Shown: positions 1 through 11,509 of the stretch, piece by piece
Layout of the letters: the number at the start of each line of letters is the position of its first letter
Numbering within the stretch: the first letter of the stretch is position 1
DNA from: Mobula birostris
Taxonomy: Eukaryota
Assembly: GCF_030028105.1 (NCBI RefSeq)
Contig: NC_092379.1
Span: forward strand, 20,933,309 to 20,997,308
DNA: 64,000 bases
Reading direction: 5' to 3'
Position numbers and translations under genes: made by a program
The notes under the pieces: model-generated
What the model saw: the letters and a program-made list of their open reading frames with translations, nothing else
The model's database searches: none
What the model was told of the DNA's origin: nothing

Positions 1-274
1 TTCTGAGACGTTGGTGTGCAAACATTGACCCTGCAGTCATTATTTCATCATTCCCTCACTGACAAGGCCAGCATTCCTTGCTCTGCTCCAGCAGGTCCGT
101 CACAGAACAGTGAGGAGTTTGGTGTGGGACTGATGGATATGGGTAAACAGGGTAGGAAGGCCAGTGTCCTTCACCAAAGAACATCAGTGAAATAGTTTGA
201 AATCTAAAACTTGAATCTGGCACAGTCACCTCTGGTTATGTGTTCATGTCATTGTCCTGAGGCTTGGGAACAGA

Positions 275-420
275 CTGTAGGTCAATGATCCTGGTGCTAG
301 TACTGAGGGAGTGCTGCACTCTCACACATCTGTCTGAGATGTAACAGAGGGGCCCAGATGGGTATTTACTGATGGTCAGACAGACCTTGTGTTGGTGCTT
401 TGGAAGAGTTTTGAAAGCAT
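275..420 (+). mobile_element. DeuSINE (SacSINE1/AmnSINE-like) fragment
   Basis: Motif tagtactgagggagtgctgcact recognised from shark Deu-domain SINEs. Confidence 0.5.
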
Positions 421-506
421 CGGGTGAAATCTGCTTCTTTCCCACTCTCTGCCTCTGCATTATTAATCCACTCACACAACTACAACAATGCCAGACTTGC
501 TGTTAC

Positions 507-715
507 CTATTGACCTTGCTTGTCCCTGGGTTGTGACTGTGGCAGAGGATGTCAACAGTGGAGTGAATCTCTGTGCTCACAGTCAGTACGTAGCTGGCAA
601 TGAAAGTCCCTGCCTGTTCCAGAGCAGTTGGTCTCACACTGGTGTTGGAAGAGATCAGAGAGTTCCCTTTCTCCCAGGTGACGGTTATTTGTTCCGGGTA
701 GAATCCGGTGACCAG
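507..715 (-). pseudogene. Truncated CH4-like pseudo-exon (CH4')
   Basis: Reads LVTGFYPEQITVTWEKGNSLISSNTSVRPTALEQAGTFIASYVLTVS, homologous to CH4 VVSGFYPDQINVIWKKGSTMITSNTSATPTALEQGWTFSARHFLTVS. The acceptor, A strand and first Cys are deleted and the 3' half is scrambled. Confidence 0.85.
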
Positions 716-759
716 CCGTGACCAACGTTGTCCATTTTAATCGCTGACCTCTTGCCCAC

Positions 760-1062
760 CTTTGGTACTTTTTGTCCGTGCTGATACTGGTGAGGTTGCA
801 GAAGGTTGTTGGGCAGAGTAAGTGTACTCCACCCCACCGGTCCACTCCTCCACACTGGTCTGGAGTTGGCTGATCACTGTGACTTGGGTTCCTTCCTCTC
901 TCAGTTTTTTGGTCACATTTGCTTTGATTTTCTCCCTCTCATTCACCTGCCAGTGGATTTGGACCTGGCTCAGATAAGCACCCACAATCATGCACACCAG
1001 AGTCGCGGTCTGGTTGATCCACATCTCTTCAATGGAGGGATGTTGGAAAAAGACAGACAACT
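760..1062 (-). CDS. IgW: Duplicated CH3-like exon (CH3'), open frame, second canonical Cys replaced by Tyr
   Basis: Same 303-nt length as CH3, intact acceptor atccacag| and donor G|gtgggc, about 48/101 aa identical by hand alignment; EYTYSAQ versus EYECSAQ. Functional status unknown. Confidence 0.8.
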
Positions 1063-1639
1063 CTGTGGATGAGAAATAGAAAATTTACAAACTGGGCAAT
1101 ATCTGCTGTCAGCTGGCTTGACAACTTCAGCTCAGACTTATCCTGAAGGTCAATTTGCACAGAATCGTACAATGGAAAGAAATCAGGTTTGTTTACAGAG
1201 TGGGTTGCGCATCTCTGCTTACAACCTTTGTCTGAGAAAACAAAATCATGGAGCTTATTTCCTCGGGACCCTTTCAGGTCACCGCATGGACTGTGGGACA
1301 GTTGCCCAGCTACATGACATTTAGCTGCTGGAATGCCAATAAAATGTGCTATCAGAGCTGTGAATTGCAATGAGAGATGCTGTTTCAGATCAAAGACAAA
1401 TTTTTTTGAAATCTTCTTGTCTTAGTGCATGTGAGAGTCTGTAGATCCATTTCTCACATTGAGCTGAATCAATGACTGCCTCATATCTGTTTGGACTGAG
1501 CATGGGATTCCTCCAGTTTGAAAATTCTGGTGCTGACTTTCGAATCTCTCATGAAAAATCTCTCTTTTCATCTCCGTAACTTGTCTACCCCAGTCAATGA
1601 TCTCGCTTTGGTTCAGTTGTCCTGTTCACTTCATCTTCA

Positions 1640-1932
1640 CCAGGGCACCACTGCTCAATACAAGAGGACATGGCTTTAAGGTAAGGGGTGGGAAGTTCAA
1701 GGGGGATATTAGAGGAAGGTTTTTTACTCAGAGAGTGGTTGGTGCGTGGAATGTACTGCCTGAGTCAGTGGTGGAGGCAAATACACGAGTGAAGTTTAAG
1801 AGACTACTAGGGAGGTATATGGAGGAATTTAAGGTGGAGGCTTATATGGGAGGCAGGGTTTGAGGGTTGGCACAACATTGTGGGCCGAAGGGCCTGTACT
1901 GTGCTGTACTGTTCTATGTTCTATGTTCTATA
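1640..1932 (+). mobile_element. CR1-clade (HER1-like) LINE 3' end
   Basis: ORF2 C-terminus TRGHGFKVRGGKFKGDIRGRFFTQRVVGAWN, 3' UTR gggccgaagggcctgtactgtgctgt, and (TTCTATG)n tail. Confidence 0.9.
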
Positions 1933-2809
1933 TTTCAATCTCTACACTTTAAACCTCCCTGCCGTTCTATTTCCTGTGGAGTCTGCTTTTCATTTGCTGG
2001 ACACTCATAGACATGGCTTTGTGTCCCATCATCCACATCATTAGTAATATCAGTGAATAGTTGCAGGGCCGACAAAGATCGTTGCAGGACACTGCTCACG
2101 ATTAAATCCTGCTGGGTTCAGTCCCCTGTCACATGACACAGTGATAATGGAGTTGTTGTTGAATGATTGCAAACAATTTCAGTCCATTAGTCTACAGCAG
2201 ATCCAGGCATGGTGTGGGGACAGCCACCTCAAGCCAACATCGGACAGTCACTGGAAGAGCTGAGCACCATGATCAGTAAGCATGAAATAGCACACCCGGA
2301 TATGAACCAGGACATCTTGAGGAAGTCTCTGAACAATGACCACTAACATATCTCCTGTGGAACCAGAGGAGCCAACACTTGACCACTGTGATACCACCAT
2401 CAACAACGGTTACCGTGCCAGCACATGGCCACACTTTGGTAAGGCCGATCACCTGGCTGTACTTCAACTCCCGGCATATAGGCAGAGACTAAAGACCACA
2501 GTGCTGGTAGTGAGGACCAAGAAGATATGGTCAAGGAAGTCACAAGTGCGCTTACAGGAGTTTGAGCTGGTGAACTAGACAATATTCAGAGACCTTTCTT
2601 CAAATCTGAATGAATATGCCACAGTTGTCACCAGCTTCATCAAGACCTGTGTGGATGAGTGTGTCCCTTCGAGAACATCCCGGATATACCAAATCAAAAG
2701 CTGTGGATGGACCTGGAGATTTGTAGTCTGCTGAGGGCTCCATTTATGGCAGTCTAGGCTGGTGACCCAACATTAGACAAGAAGCCCAGGTTCGACCTGC
2801 GGAAAGCTA

Positions 2810-3668
2810 TTGGTCAAGATGGTGCCAGAGTGCAATACTCCCTCAGTCAACGTCTTCCAGATAGCTCACAAAAATATCCTTTTTTGGTCCTTTGTGTCTG
2901 TTTTTCTCCTTAAATATGTTTCTCAGACTGTTAGAGTTCGAGACTGTGATTTAGATTGGAGATTGTTTCAGTGATCCAGCGCTTTGCTATCTCCAAAAAC
3001 ATTCCGAGTATGTACTCAGACGGCTTTGATGCAATGAAACTGCAAGACAGTGTGTGAGCCGATGATTGACTCCATTTCGCCATTTAAAGCATCCATTAAG
3101 TGAGCGAGAGTTTCGGCGCCGATGCCTGTCTTTTGATCACTGCTGGAGATGGATTCTGTGAGCGGCATTTTGCTGTGTGTCTCACTGTGACAGGCGGGTC
3201 GGCCTCTCTGCCTCATGTGGTGTCCCTGTCCTCTCTTTCGATGAATGTTGGTGATATTGGAGATGGTATTGTGGTTCTGTGTTTATGGATTGGACTGTTG
3301 TGTTTATGGACTGTGGACATTTTCAGACTAATGATTTTTATATACTGTGCTTTTTGTCACCCGTTCCTTTTCCATTTTGTTGTGCAAGGGGAGGGTGTTC
3401 AGGGTTTGATGTTCTGTTAGTTTTTTGTGCGGGGGAGTGTTTGCTTTTTGGGTCGATGTTCCTGTTCCATTTTGTGAAGGAAAGAAGGGGGGATATTGTG
3501 GGGGATTGATGATCAGTATGCCATTTTTGGTGGTCGGGGGAGGAAAGGGTGGTTTTGATGTTTGTCTCTGAACGACTTTTATATCCTGTGTTTTTGTGGC
3601 TATCTGGAGAACACAAATTTCAAGTTGTATGTGGATACAGGCTTTGATAATAAATGAACCCTTGAACA
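2810..3668 (+). mobile_element. Non-autonomous retroposon-like insert
   Basis: Splits a contiguous Rex sequence, starts near caagatggtgcc, and ends gttgtatgtgg...taataaatgaacccttgaac, a 3' end shared with the element at 10985-11400. Confidence 0.55.
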
Positions 3669-4559
3669 ATTCCAATTGAACTTAGAGAAGGAATCAGATC
3701 CCCTTCAGCTCTGGCAGACTTTTCAGGCCATTACTTCCTACAAGGTGAAACCAAACAACATGAATGGCAGTGATGCTTCATTCCCAGATGAGCTCAACGC
3801 CATTTAAGCACACTTTGAAAGGGAGAATGAAGCTACATGTGGGTAAATCCCTGCAGTGTCTGGTGACCCTGTCATCTCTGTCTCAGATGCCAATGTCAGA
3901 GCAGCTTTCAAGAGGGTGAATCCTCACACTGAATCAGGCCCTGATGCTGTGCCTGGTACGGAATTGAAAACCTGTGCAACCAACTGGTGGGAGTGTTCAG
4001 GAACATCTTCAATATCTCACTGCTGCAGTCAGAGGTTCCCATCTGTTTCAAAAGAGTGAGAATCATACCAGTGCCCAAGAACAGCAGGGTGAGCTGTCTC
4101 AATGACTATCGCTCAGTTGCACCCACATCTACTGTGAGGAAATGCTTTGAGAGGTTGGTCACGGCCAGAATCAACTTCTGCTTAAGCAAGGACCTGGACC
4201 CCTGCAATTTGCCTGTTGCCACAATAGGTCTACAGCAGATAGAATCTGACTGGCTCTCCACTTGGCCTTGGATCACCTGGACAATAACAATACCTGCTGA
4301 ACGTCAGGATGTTGTTTACTGATTACAGCTCAGTGTTCAACACAATCATACCCTCAGTTTGAATCAACAAGCTCCAAACCTGGGCCTCAGACCACCCTCC
4401 ACAACTGGATCCTTGACATCCTCACTGGGAGACCACAGTCAGTGTGGATCTGAATGAGCATCTCCTCCTCACTGACAATCAACACTGGAGCACCTCAAGG
4501 ATGTGTGCATAACCCACTGCTCTACTCTCTCTGCACCCACGACTGTGTGGCTAGGTAGA

Positions 4560-4762
4560 ACTCAAGTGGCATTTATAAATTCAGTTAAAGTTAAAAACGT
4601 TAAAGTCTGTCCCGAGCCTTGTGGCCCATTAGGCTGGTGCTTATGCCGGTTTCTGTGGCGTAAATTGACTGAGAGTATGAGACTCCCTCCCAGATAGGAT
4701 GCGAGTCTATTGCGAGGTTAACCCCCTGCATTTGCTGGTACCCATTTTCAGCTGGGTGGATT
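4560..4762 (-). mobile_element. 5'-truncated SINE fragment with Meta/V-domain-like core
   Basis: Minus strand CCACCCAGCTGAAAATGGGTACCAGC...GGGTTAACCTCGCAATAGACTCGCATCC...GGGCCACAAGGCTCGGGACAGACTTTAAC with a (TTTAAC)-like tail. Confidence 0.5.
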
Positions 4763-5424
4763 GTTTATAAATTTACTGATGAACTATTGTGGGCAGAATT
4801 TCAGGGTGATGAGGAGGCATACAAGAGCAGGATAGATCAGCTGGTTAAATGGTATTGCAATAACAAGCTTACTTTCAACGTCAGTAAGATGAAGCAATTG
4901 ATTGCAGGCTTCAGGAAGGGGGAGTCATGGGAACACACACCAGTCTTCATTGAGGGATCAGCAGTGGAAAGGTTGAGCAGTTTCAAGTTCCTGGGTGTCA
5001 AAATCTTTGAAGATCAATCCTGGGTCCAACACACCTATTTCTTTATTTGCATAGTTCTGATCTCATCCTTTGTCTCTTCTTCTAATCCTCTCTGTCTCTG
5101 TCTCCACTGAACTCACAAGAAGAAAACAGGAGGAAGTGCAGACCACCAGATTCCATCCTCTGGCCTGAGATTTCTGGGAATTCATTCCATCTGAGGGAAG
5201 AAATCACTCTGCACCACAGTTTCAAATGTCCTGCTCCTTACTTTGTAACTCAGTCCCCTTGTTCGTTGCTCTGTGACATGTGAAATTCTCTCAGCATCTA
5301 CCCTCTCGTGCCCCTTTTACATCTGATATGTTTGTCCAGAAATCTGGATTCTTCTTAACTGCAAGCAATGCAGACACAGACTGTCTGGTCTTGGTCATTG
5401 TCTGACAGTCACTGAGTCACAGAA

Positions 5425-8165
5425 AAGCACAGCACAGAAACAGGCCCTTTGGCCCATCTGGTCTGTGCCGAACCATTTAAACTGCCAAGTTCCATTGACT
5501 TGCACCCAGACCATTACCCTCCATACCCCTCCCATCCATGTAACAACCTAAACTTGTCTTAAACATTGAAATCGAGCTTGCAAGCACCACTTGCTCTGGC
5601 AGTTCATTCCACACTCTCACAAAACTCTGAGTGAAGAAGTTTCCCCTCAGGTTTCCCTTAAACATTTCACCTTTCACCCTTAACCCATGATCTCTAGTTG
5701 TAGTTCCAGCCAACCTCAGTGGAAAAAGTCTGCTTGCATTTACCCTATCTATACCCCTGATAATTTTCTATACCTCCATCAAATCTCCCCTCAATCTTCT
5801 ACGTTGCAAGGAATAAAGTCCTAACCTATGTAATCTTTCCTTATAACTCAGTTTCTCAGTCGTGGTTGCATCCTTTTAAACTTTCTCTGTACTCTTTCAA
5901 GCTTATTTACACCTTTCCTGCAGGTAAGTGACCAAAGCTGAACAGGTAAAGATTTTTCCTCCTCATGTATATGAAGGATGTAAGTAATAAAGTCCATTCA
6001 ATTCAAATTAGGCCTGATGAATGTCTTATACAACTTTAACATAACACCCCATCTCCTGTACTCAGTACTTTGATTTATGAAGGCCAGTGTGCCTAAAGAT
6101 TTCATTCTGATCCTATCTACGTGTGCCTCCATTTTCAATTAATTATGGACCTGTGTTCTCACATCTCTTTGTTCTACTGCACTCCTCAGTGTCCTATCGT
6201 TCACTGTGTAAGACCTACCTTAGCTGGTCTTACCTAAGTGCAGCACCTCGCACTTGTCTGCATTAAATTCCATCAGCAATTTTTCAGACTATTTTACCAA
6301 CTGGTCCAGATCCCACTACAAGCTCTTATAGTCTTTCTTGCTGTCCACAATTTTGGTGTCAATTGCAAATTTGCTGATCCAGTTAACTATGGTATCATCC
6401 AAATAGTAACTTCCTCAATAACCTCCGTAAGAATGGTTAGGTGTGCCCTACACACAAAAAGCTATGCTGACTATTTTTCATCAGTCCATGTATATCCAAA
6501 TACACATATATCCGGTCCCTTAGAATACCTTCCAGTTGCCTTCCCACTACAGATGTCAGGCACACTGGCCTATAATTTCCCTATGTTATTTTTACAGCCT
6601 TTTTTAAACTATGGAACGTCAGCTATCCTGCTGTTCTCCAGTACCTCGCCTGGCGCTAAGGATGTTTTAAATATCTCTGATAGCAACCCCCACCCCCACA
6701 ATCTTTAATTTGCTTAAAGACAGTAAACACCTCCTCCTCTGTAATCTCTGAAGGGTCCATGTCGTTGTTTCTGCTTTGCCTCGTTTCTACAGACTATCTG
6801 TTCATCTCCCAAATAAATACCGATACAAAACATTCATTGATAGTCCCCCCATCTCTTTTGGCACCACAAATAGATTTCCAATCTGATCTTCTAGTGAACC
6901 AATTTTGTCCCTTGCAAACGTTGTGCTCTTAACACATCTGTAGAATCCCCTGGGATTCCCCTTCACTTTGTCTGCTTGGGCACCTTGTCCATTCTTTTAA
7001 CCCTTCTTATTTCTTTCTTAGGTGTTTTCTTGTATTTTTTACACTCCATAAGTACCTCATTTGTCCCTACCTGCCTATACCTGCTGTGCACTTCCTTGTA
7101 CTTCTTAACCAGGGCCTCAATATCAAATGTCATCCTTGCCTTTTCTTCTGACAGGCGCATACAAGTAATGTGCTCTCAAAATTTCACTTTTGAAGGCTTC
7201 TCACTTACCAAGTACACCTTTGCCAGAAAACTGCCTGTCCCAATTCACGCTTACCAGATCCTTTCTGATACCATCAAAACTGGCCTTTCTCCAATTTAGA
7301 ATCTGAACCTGGGAACGAGATCTATTTTTTTCCAAATTTAATTTGAAACTAATGGCATTATGATCAGTAGATGCAAAGTGTTCCCGTACACAATCTTCTG
7401 TCACCTGCCCTGTCTCATTCCTGAATAAGAAATCAAATATTGCACACACTCTGTTGGGATTTCTCTGTACTGATTAAGGAAACTTTCTTGAATACATTTG
7501 ACAAACTCCATCCCTTTTGTAGTCTGGGTGTCCAAGTCAATTTGTGGAAAGTTGAAATCACCTACTATCGCAACCTTCTATTTCTAGCAATAGTCTGTGA
7601 TGTCCCGACAATTTGTGCCTCTAGGTCCTGCAGGGTGATCTATAATATAGTCCCATTAAGATGGCCATACCTTTCTTATTCCTCATTTCCACCTGTAAAG
7701 TCTCAGAAGAGGAGTTCTCCAGTCTCTCCTGACTGAACACTGCCATCACATTTGCACTTTAATCCCTCCCATTCTGTGCATCTAAAAAATGGAACCCCAG
7801 AATATTGAGCTACCAGTCCTGCGTCTCCTGCAACCAAGTCTCACTAATGGTCACCATATCATAATTCCATGTGTTGATCTCTGCCCTGAGTTCATCTGCC
7901 TTTCCTGCAATAATACTTGCTTTGAGATATACGCAGCTCAGAACATTACTCACACCATGCTGAACTTCTTGATTCCTGACTTTGTCTAATGTCTAAACAA
8001 CATCTGTCTCCACAACGTCTCCACAATCTGTTCTGACACTCTGGTTCTCATCCCCTGCAACTCTAGTTTAACCGGCATCCCCCGCCACCCCCACCATGCA
8101 GCACAAGCAAACCTTCCCACTGGGATATTAGTCCCCCTTCAGTCCAGATGCAAACCATCTGCCCT
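5425..8165 (-). mobile_element. Degenerate CR1 LINE (endonuclease, RT fragments, 3' end)
   Basis: 3' end near 5430 (TRDHGLRVKGEMFKGNLRGNFFTQ...VWNELP) and upstream ORF2 remnants (DHNAISF...LNWRKASFDGIRKDL). Confidence 0.85.
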
Positions 8166-8550
8166 GACAGACAGATGTTTAACTGCGCCATTGCAACAGA
8201 ACTGTTCCCAACAATGATACGTTTCATTTAGTTAGCGACACACAGGCAGCAGATGAGGAGCAGCAATGATAGTGGGGACAAGGAGCCCTCAAACAGTGAT
8301 CCGACATCTTTGACATCAATATCACGTTTGGTCACTGGTTTCAACTCTTTATCAGATTGCCATACATTCTAATCTCTGTGACCATCAGTTGACAGCTGAT
8401 CAGTGGGATACCCGATGCAGGAAGGGTTCAGACACCAGAGAAACAAAGATTACTATTTCTCCCTGACTGTGTGTCACATGCCACGCCTCATGTTGAAAGT
8501 TCCTTTTTTCTCATCACCAAAAATCACAATTAAGACATTTTCATGTCATA

Positions 8551-8556
8551 TTTATT
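8551..8556 (-). terminator. Candidate poly(A) signal for the long secretory form
   Basis: AATAAA on the minus strand about 295 nt after the CH6 stop. ATTAAA variants also occur near 8756-8772. Confidence 0.55.
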
Positions 8557-8850
8557 GAACTTGGATCGGTACATTGACACGTACAAGGATTTAATACATT
8601 ATGCAGTCCTACACAGGGCTGAAATCCATTCAAATGTGGCAGAAAAAGGTCTAAGAATGTACACACAAACTCAGAGATTTGTGGTGAATCATGTTTGTAG
8701 TTTAATTTGGTTCTTGATCTCAGTTTCATTCTTAATTATTTTAAAAGGTCCAGATTTTAATCATGTTTTAATCAGCTAAGTAATCCTCTGTGATAATTAA
8801 TAATCATAAAACTAACAAGACTAGGGTTTCATGGATTGAATCACACAGTA

Positions 8851-9236
8851 TTACACACAAGATTTAAAACTATCAGTCAGAACGAGTGAGAGATTGACCA
8901 GGGTGGGTTTGCTGTGAGATTTATTGATGCTTCGGAACAGGTTGGTTGTGAGCGACTCATGACCCACCACACAGGAGAAAGTGGTGCCGCTATTCCACTC
9001 CTCAGGAGAAACCTTCAGCTGACTGGTCATTGTGTTCCAGCCATTTCTGGGGTCCTTGGTCTCCGGCTGGTTCACAAACCCTGTCTTCAGAAGGGTGTCA
9101 TTAGCCATCCAGGCCACATAGATCTCTGCGGGAGAGAACTTGGTGACCAGGCACATCAAGGTCACAGTCTGATCGGTGTCTACCTCATCCGATGAAGGGG
9201 GGAGGAGGTAGACATGAGGACGAGTCACAAAACCAC
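8851..9236 (-). CDS. IgW: IgW CH6 exon with secretory tailpiece (...RSINKSHS-KPTLVNLSLVLTDSFKSCV*)
   Basis: Acceptor ctctgttccag|, terminal C-domain motifs (PHVYLLPP, CLVTKFSP, FSCVVGHE), tailpiece with an N-glycan sequon (NLS) and penultimate Cys, TAA at 8851-8853. Six C domains plus a conventional VH and CH1 identify long-form IgW. Confidence 0.95.
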
Positions 9237-9838
9237 CTGGAACAGAGAGAATCTCAGTTAGAATAAATCTTCCAATAATTCCCTACTTACCTGACACATT
9301 CTGGTTTTGCGCCAACAAGAACAATTTCTAAATCTCAGAGGCTTCACTTTATCTGAAACTGAACATTTTTCCGTTTGTGCTCATCGTTGGGATTTGTGGA
9401 GTGGAAATCTTGAACCTGCTGTATTTTACAGCTTCCAGCGAGGTTAGTCTATTCCGTTTAATCAATGGGAGTTGCTGAACACAGCAACTCGACAGAAAGT
9501 GGAACTCAGCCCCTGGACTTGCATCATCCTGTGCTGTTTGCTCCATCTCCCCTGGAGTAGGGGTGGCAGTCTAAGCTGTGTATGTGTGAGAGGGAGTGAG
9601 AACCTGTGGAACTCTCTCCCACAGAAAGCACTTGAAGAATTATCATCTAATATATTCAAGAATGGATTGAATATACTTCTTTGGGTGAATGAGTCAAAGG
9701 ATATCTGGAGAAAACAGGAACAGGGATTGAATTTCGATGATCAGCTGAGACCAGATTGAATGGTTGAGTGGTGCTGGATGGTGATAAATCTGTCAGATTG
9801 CTAAAATCAGACTCACACTGAATTCTATCCACACGTAC

Positions 9839-10147
9839 CTGTGTCCTTCCTGATGGATTTCTTCACTGGTGTTGGCAAACTCTTGTCCTCTATCACACAC
9901 GAGTACTCAGCCCCACTGTTCCACTCTGCAGCAAGGACTGTCAGTCTGCTGGTGATCATGTCTTCACCTCCGTTGCTGTCTGGACCCAGAGTCCTTACTC
10001 CATCTTCCCTCTTCCTTCCGTCCACTTGCCAGGTTACACTGAATCCCTGTAAATCACTGTGAACCACCTCACACAGAATGGTCGCTGTCCTATTTGTCCA
10101 GATCTCTTCGAAGGGAGGTTTGCTTAAAGTTACTGAGAGGGGGGTAT
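9839..10147 (-). CDS. IgW: IgW CH5 exon: DTPLSVTLSKPPFEEIWTNRTATILCEVVHSDLQGFSVTWQVDG...EWNSGAEYSCVIEDKSLPTPVKKSIRKDT
   Basis: 309 nt, acceptor actgttcag|, donor G|gtacgt, C1-set motifs. Confidence 0.94.
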
Positions 10148-10984
10148 CTGAACAGTAAACTGTGAGAAACGTCACAATTATTATTTCAAAATTCCCACAT
10201 GGATGAGTTTGTCTCTGACAAGACCAACATTTCCTGTTCATTCCTGGTCAATGATTTGCCAGTCCCATCAAGATGAGATGAGACCAATCTACATTGGTGA
10301 AGAAAGGAATCTCCCCTTTTGAGCAGACAGGGTAAATACCCTGAGCAAACGTAAATGAACAAGATTGGCCCTCAGATTGTTCTTGCAGTTTCATGGTCAC
10401 TTAAACTGTTACCAGACACTTATTAAAACAGATACAGAAAATCCCCAGTATTTCAGACTGTGTCAGTGGAACAAAAAACAGAGCAAAATTTCATGTGAAA
10501 ATCTTCCAGAAAATACACTTCATATTTCAAAATTTCTGAGAAATATTTAGTTTTTGTCACAAATATTAAAATGGATTCTTTTTGTCCATCAGGTGTAACT
10601 AACATTTGCTGCTGCTTTGTTAGAATGTAGTGTGTTTGGGCCGCCCTCCAGAGGCTTCTACACATTGTCCAGGCTGACTATTCCCACACAGGAGCAGAGG
10701 GAGAGCTGCTCTGCTGGAAATTCAGTCACATCTGAGGCACTGATCGGACGCTGGGGTTATGTTCAAAGGTAGAGGGAGGGAGCATTTTGAAGACGAGTAT
10801 CAGCGAGTTCCAGAGAGTCTGTGAAGTGAAATGGTCTGGATTCTCCTCCAGTTATGAAAGTATTTTCTGGGATACTCTTATTTCTATGGTGAAAGTGTGG
10901 ATTATGTTGGTTGAGAGCGGAAAATAAACTGATGATTGGCCAATTTAAGTGCCAAGAGAGATCAAAAAGATGAAGGCATTGAGG

Positions 10985-11400
10985 CTGAGTCAATGGACAA
11001 ACCGGTATTCAGCTCACTTCTCGATGAGGCTTCACTCGCCTCAGCACTGACCTGACTCTGCAGCTGCGGCCTGCAGCCATCGGCACTCACCTCAGCACTG
11101 AGCCTGGCTCCACGGCCGTGGCCTGCAGCCATCGGACTCCTGGACCGGTTGCAGTGCTGAACTGGCAACGTGGCTGTGGATTTACTTCAGGGGGCTCTGC
11201 GGTTCAGTTTCTGTGGATTGTTCGTTTGAATTTTTTTATTGTTTGCACAATTTGTTCTTTCTTTTTCACAGATTGGATGTTTTGACCCTGAATTCTATTG
11301 TATTTCTTTGTTTTGTGACTGCCTGGAAGAAGATAATCTCAAGGTTGTATGTGGTGCACATTCTTTGGTAATAAATGTACTTCGTACTTTGAACTTTATA
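10985..11400 (+). mobile_element. Non-autonomous retroposon-like element in the CH4-CH5 intron
   Basis: Internal duplicated block (cctcagcactga...ggcctgcagccatcgg) and 3' end gttgtatgtgg...taataaatgtacttcgtactttgaact. Confidence 0.55.
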
Positions 11401-11509
11401 AGTTCACTCACATAACTAAACCCAGGTCTGCACCATGATTAGGTGTTTACCTTGAATTCATAGCACAATGTAAACAATTTCAATAATGGGATGCGTCCCA
11501 GGACCCTAC

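Larger units (their letters stand above)
2270..5035 (+). mobile_element. Degenerate Rex1/Babar LINE, interrupted by insertions at about 2810-3665 and 4560-4760
   Basis: Endonuclease-end motif TLDHC...PHFGKADHLAVLQLPAYRQRLK; RT motifs NDYRSVAPTSTVRKCFERLV and DEEAYK...LTFNVSKMKQLI...SFKFLGV; many frameshifts. Confidence 0.85.
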
